DNA from: Myxococcota bacterium | GTDB taxonomy: Bacteria; Myxococcota_A; UBA796; GCA-2862545 | Assembly (NCBI GenBank): GCA_039208735.1 | Contig: JBCCQY010000173.1 | Coordinates: forward strand, 1-20,019 | Direction: 5' to 3' | DNA length: 20,019 nt | Shown here: positions 17,220-20,019 of the stretch, one piece after another | How the letters are laid out: the number at the start of each line of letters is the position of its first letter | How positions within the stretch are numbered: position 1 is the stretch's first letter | Notes under the pieces: generated by a model | The model's database searches: none | The model's input: only the letters and a program-made list of their open reading frames with translations | Told to the model about the DNA's origin: nothing | Position numbers and translations under genes: made by a program

Positions 17220-18716
17220 GTGATGATGTGGTGGTTGGGATGTCTCGCGGCGCAGGCCTCGAGCCTGGACTTGATCGAGGTCGGCGGGGCTTTTGGTACG
17301 CCGGCGGCGACCAACCCCACCGCCGTGTGGTGGAACCCGGCGGGCCTGGCGGTGCATGGCGGCAATCGGGTGTTGGTCGAAGTCGCGCCAACGCTCGGCT
17401 CGGTGCGGATCGATCGGGATAATCCTAACTATGGCGAGATCAACACCGACAATCTCCCGCCGGGCTTTCCCACGTCGTACGACTACAGCGGCCAAGACCG
17501 CATTGGCTTCGTAGGGGTGATTCCCTTTGTGGGGGTGCAGACCGACCTTGGTATCGACAACCTGGGTTTGGGGGCGGCCTTTTACGTGCCGTTTGCTCGA
17601 GCGGGCGGTCTTGACGATCCCAACGGGCCCAACCGATTCATGGTTCGCGATGGTGCCATCCGGACCCTCAACGTGTCGTTGGCCGCCGCCTATCAATTGG
17701 CCGATGTGATTTCGTTTGGCGTGACGGGATCGGTGGTTCGCAACCAGTACCGGGTCGACACCGACACGGCGTTCTACGCCGATCTGCTCGATGGCGGACG
17801 ACTGGCCGGCTTCGATGACGACGAGCTGCAGACGTTCCAAGACCCCTATTCAGAGCAGCCGGGCTACAGCGTCCAGTCCATCTTTGACCTCGCGGACACG
17901 GCGCTCACCTTCGGGGCAGGGATCTACCTGACGCCGAGCGAGCGGGTGGGCATCTCGTTGGCGTACCAGCACGGGATGCGCCTCGACAACGAAGGGGACC
18001 TGACGCTCAACTTCGATTGTCCGCCGGAGTACGACACGATCGCGCGCGCTTCTGCCGAAGCCATTGGCACCTGCAACACCAGCGTGAGCGGCACGGGAAC
18101 CATCGGGTACCGCCTGCCCGGGCGAATCCAGGGCGGGGTGGCGTTTCGTCCCACCGACAAGCTGCGACTCGAGGCCATGGGGGCCGTCGTGTTTTGGTCG
18201 GTATTCACCGACTACGAGATCCAGCCCTTGGTTGCGCCCAGCGCCTTTGTCGAGGCCGAAGGCGAAGGCAACCGCGTTGTCGCATCCCAGCTCGCGTCCG
18301 TGTTTCGGCCCTGGGCCCGTGACAATCGAACGAGTGGCTGGTTTGGGTTGGATGCGAAGGGAGCCGTCGGCAAGGTGCTGACGCTTGGAGGCCGGGTCAT
18401 TTACGATCGGGCTGCCGTGCCGTCGTCCGCGGTGTCGGCGAACAACTATGACGCAGATAGCCTGCTGTTCTCAGGGCTCGTCGACATCGCAGCGATCGAC
18501 CGTCTTTCGGTGGCCCTGTCGTTTGGCCATCAGGCGTTCGCCCGCCGTACCGTGACGGATTCGGCCTTCGCCATTTGGGCGGATCGTGAAGCCCGTCCTG
18601 CCGACCCTCGCTATTTCTACCCGTCTGCAAACGGCGTTTATCGTGGGGGCATCACCCGCATCGGGATCACGTTGCGGGCTCGTTTGGGGGAGGGCCACAC
18701 CGCAACCGACCTCTGA
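17220..18716 (+). CDS. OmpP1/FadL/TodX-family outer membrane channel for hydrophobic compounds
   Basis: Short signal peptide ending AQA, hatch motif TAVWWNPAGL, GAAFYVPF, alternating beta-strands (NVSLAAAYQL, VISFGVTG), LPGRIQGGVAFRP, WSVF and YDRAAVP. RBS AAGGAG. The exact start (GTG or one of two following ATGs) is uncertain. Confidence 0.85.
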   Translation: MMMWWLGCLAAQASSLDLIEVGGAFGTPAATNPTAVWWNPAGLAVHGGNRVLVEVAPTLGSVRIDRDNPNYGEINTDNLPPGFPTSYDYSGQDRIGFVGVIPFVGVQTDLGIDNLGLGAAFYVPFARAGGLDDPNGPNRFMVRDGAIRTLNVSLAAAYQLADVISFGVTGSVVRNQYRVDTDTAFYADLLDGGRLAGFDDDELQTFQDPYSEQPGYSVQSIFDLADTALTFGAGIYLTPSERVGISLAYQHGMRLDNEGDLTLNFDCPPEYDTIARASAEAIGTCNTSVSGTGTIGYRLPGRIQGGVAFRPTDKLRLEAMGAVVFWSVFTDYEIQPLVAPSAFVEAEGEGNRVVASQLASVFRPWARDNRTSGWFGLDAKGAVGKVLTLGGRVIYDRAAVPSSAVSANNYDADSLLFSGLVDIAAIDRLSVALSFGHQAFARRTVTDSAFAIWADREARPADPRYFYPSANGVYRGGITRIGITLRARLGEGHTATDL

Positions 18717-18799
18717 TGTGACGGTGCGGTGAGTTGCCGGGCAACGGTTTGGCAGAGCGACCTGTCGCTCCCTCGAACCTCCTGTCCCGAGGCTCCACG

Positions 18800-20019
18800 A
18801 TGTTCAGGCTCTTCCATTTCGTCGGGGCGGCCATTTGGCTGCTCGCGGCGCCCGCTACATTTGCGCAAAGCGCAACGCCCGATCTGACGGGAACCCGGGT
18901 TGCCCTCGTGAGTGCGGCGACCGACTCGGCGTTTCCTGAAGACATCCGCGACACCATCATGGTGGGCAGTCGCGGGGTGGGCGGGGTCTACCAGATCCTG
19001 GAGCTTCCGGGAGGCGTCTTTGTCCCCAACCCCCTTCCGTATCGGCCCGGCTACGAGATTGTGGGCGTGGACCTCTTCGATGCCGCGGTGGACGTTCCGA
19101 CGGCCGACGAACTCGCCGACTACGACGCGCTGCTTGTTTACAACAACACCACGTTCGTAGATGCCGATGTCGTCGGCGACCTAGCGGCCGCGATGTCGGA
19201 GCGGGGCAAGGCCGTCATCCTTACGGGGGCGGCCATGGATTCCACCATCGGGATTCGGGGCCGTTTTACGACCCAGTCGCTTTCCCCGGTGGGAACGGGC
19301 CCCCAGGTGTCCCCTGGCGGAGACCTCGGTATCGTCCCCGTCGATCCTGTGGACACGTGGACGACCAACCTCGATGATGGCATGCTGACGGGGCCCAACG
19401 TGGGCAGCCTGGCCGATTGGGGCACTCAGGCGCTCGGAGCCAACCCCGTTCGGGTGCGAGGCGGGCCTTCCAGTCAACACGTGGAAGGGCTGATTTTAAG
19501 GGACTTCGCTTATGCCGTCCATGAGTGGTCTAATGGCGAACTGGCCGACGCGTTCCTGCCTCCGGTGGTCGATGGACAGGGAGCGATTGCAGTTGCAAAC
19601 TGGAATCCGGTCTCGGATGGAGCCGACCCCACCGGGTGGACGCGCCAGACGCAGGGCGGCCGACTGCTCGCCAATGTGATTCTCCAGGCGGTCGTGCTCT
19701 CGGCGGACCCGGTGACGGGCGATACCTACCAGCGGCCACAAGGGTTTTGCTCTGTGCCGGATGCGGCCACCGAGCAGCCCGTGCCCTTCCGGACGCAAGG
19801 CCTGCTGGGTCCTGTGCCCCAAGGCCTTCACACGACCTGCGACCTGGTTTCGCTGGTGGGCGCGGACCCTGCCTCGCCGTTTGGGACCTTGGTGCGCTGT
19901 GCCGACGACAGCTACTGCGTCGACGTCACGGGAGATCCGGATGCCACGTGCTCCATTCGCCAGAATCGCTCTATCGAACGGGACTTGAATTGCAACGGAC
20001 TCGATACGTCGCTCGAGAC
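18800..20019 (+). CDS. Large secreted protein (5' part, runs off the window), with Cys-rich and acidic segments
   Basis: Not in the ORF track because it has no stop. Manual translation from ATG 18800 is open to the window end: signal peptide MFRLFHFVGAAIWLLAAPATFA|QS, then PTADELADYDALLVYNN..., later RCADDSYC...TCS...DLNCNG. Confidence 0.85.
   Translation, partial: MFRLFHFVGAAIWLLAAPATFAQSATPDLTGTRVALVSAATDSAFPEDIRDTIMVGSRGVGGVYQILELPGGVFVPNPLPYRPGYEIVGVDLFDAAVDVPTADELADYDALLVYNNTTFVDADVVGDLAAAMSERGKAVILTGAAMDSTIGIRGRFTTQSLSPVGTGPQVSPGGDLGIVPVDPVDTWTTNLDDGMLTGPNVGSLADWGTQALGANPVRVRGGPSSQHVEGLILRDFAYAVHEWSNGELADAFLPPVVDGQGAIAVANWNPVSDGADPTGWTRQTQGGRLLANVILQAVVLSADPVTGDTYQRPQGFCSVPDAATEQPVPFRTQGLLGPVPQGLHTTCDLVSLVGADPASPFGTLVRCADDSYCVDVTGDPDATCSIRQNRSIERDLNCNGLDTSLE

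Noticed and set aside
18750..18766. Sigma54 promoter (TGGCA...) upstream of the secreted protein
   Set aside because: The GG-N10-GC spacing is not met; TG is found where GC is required.
1..20019. CRISPR arrays, tRNA/rRNA genes, IS elements, and att sites or direct repeats around the NTase-LRR trio
   Set aside because: None was recognised by eye. Intergenic regions are all short (under about 150 nt), and no transposase or integrase motifs were seen.

Overview
High-GC bacterial chromosomal window. The gene content (Hanks-type kinase, TIGR02996 protein, Cys-rich secreted protein, TadE) suggests a Myxococcota-like organism, which is an inference. From left to right: the end of a Tad pseudopilin cluster; a TetR-controlled efflux operon in which the RND permease is fused in-frame to a TolC-type outer-membrane factor, with three TTGAC-N3-GTCAA operator-like palindromes in the divergent promoter; a membrane-anchored Ser/Thr kinase; a stand-alone D-Ala-D-Ala ligase; a lysophospholipid acyltransferase; two sensor-less cytoplasmic histidine kinases; a 4-TM holin-family membrane protein; a minus-strand run of rhodanese, AbiEii-like nucleotidyltransferase, TIGR02996/LRR protein and an internally duplicated His-motif protein; a TetR-FadL pair; and the 5' part of a large secreted protein that the ORF track misses. 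The best candidate for an undescribed system is the tightly spaced 12531-15931 trio: an AbiEii-type NTase with no AbiEi antitoxin, an LRR protein and an unknown enzyme-like protein. It could be a conflict or immunity module. No rRNA, tRNA, CRISPR array or transposase was recognised.
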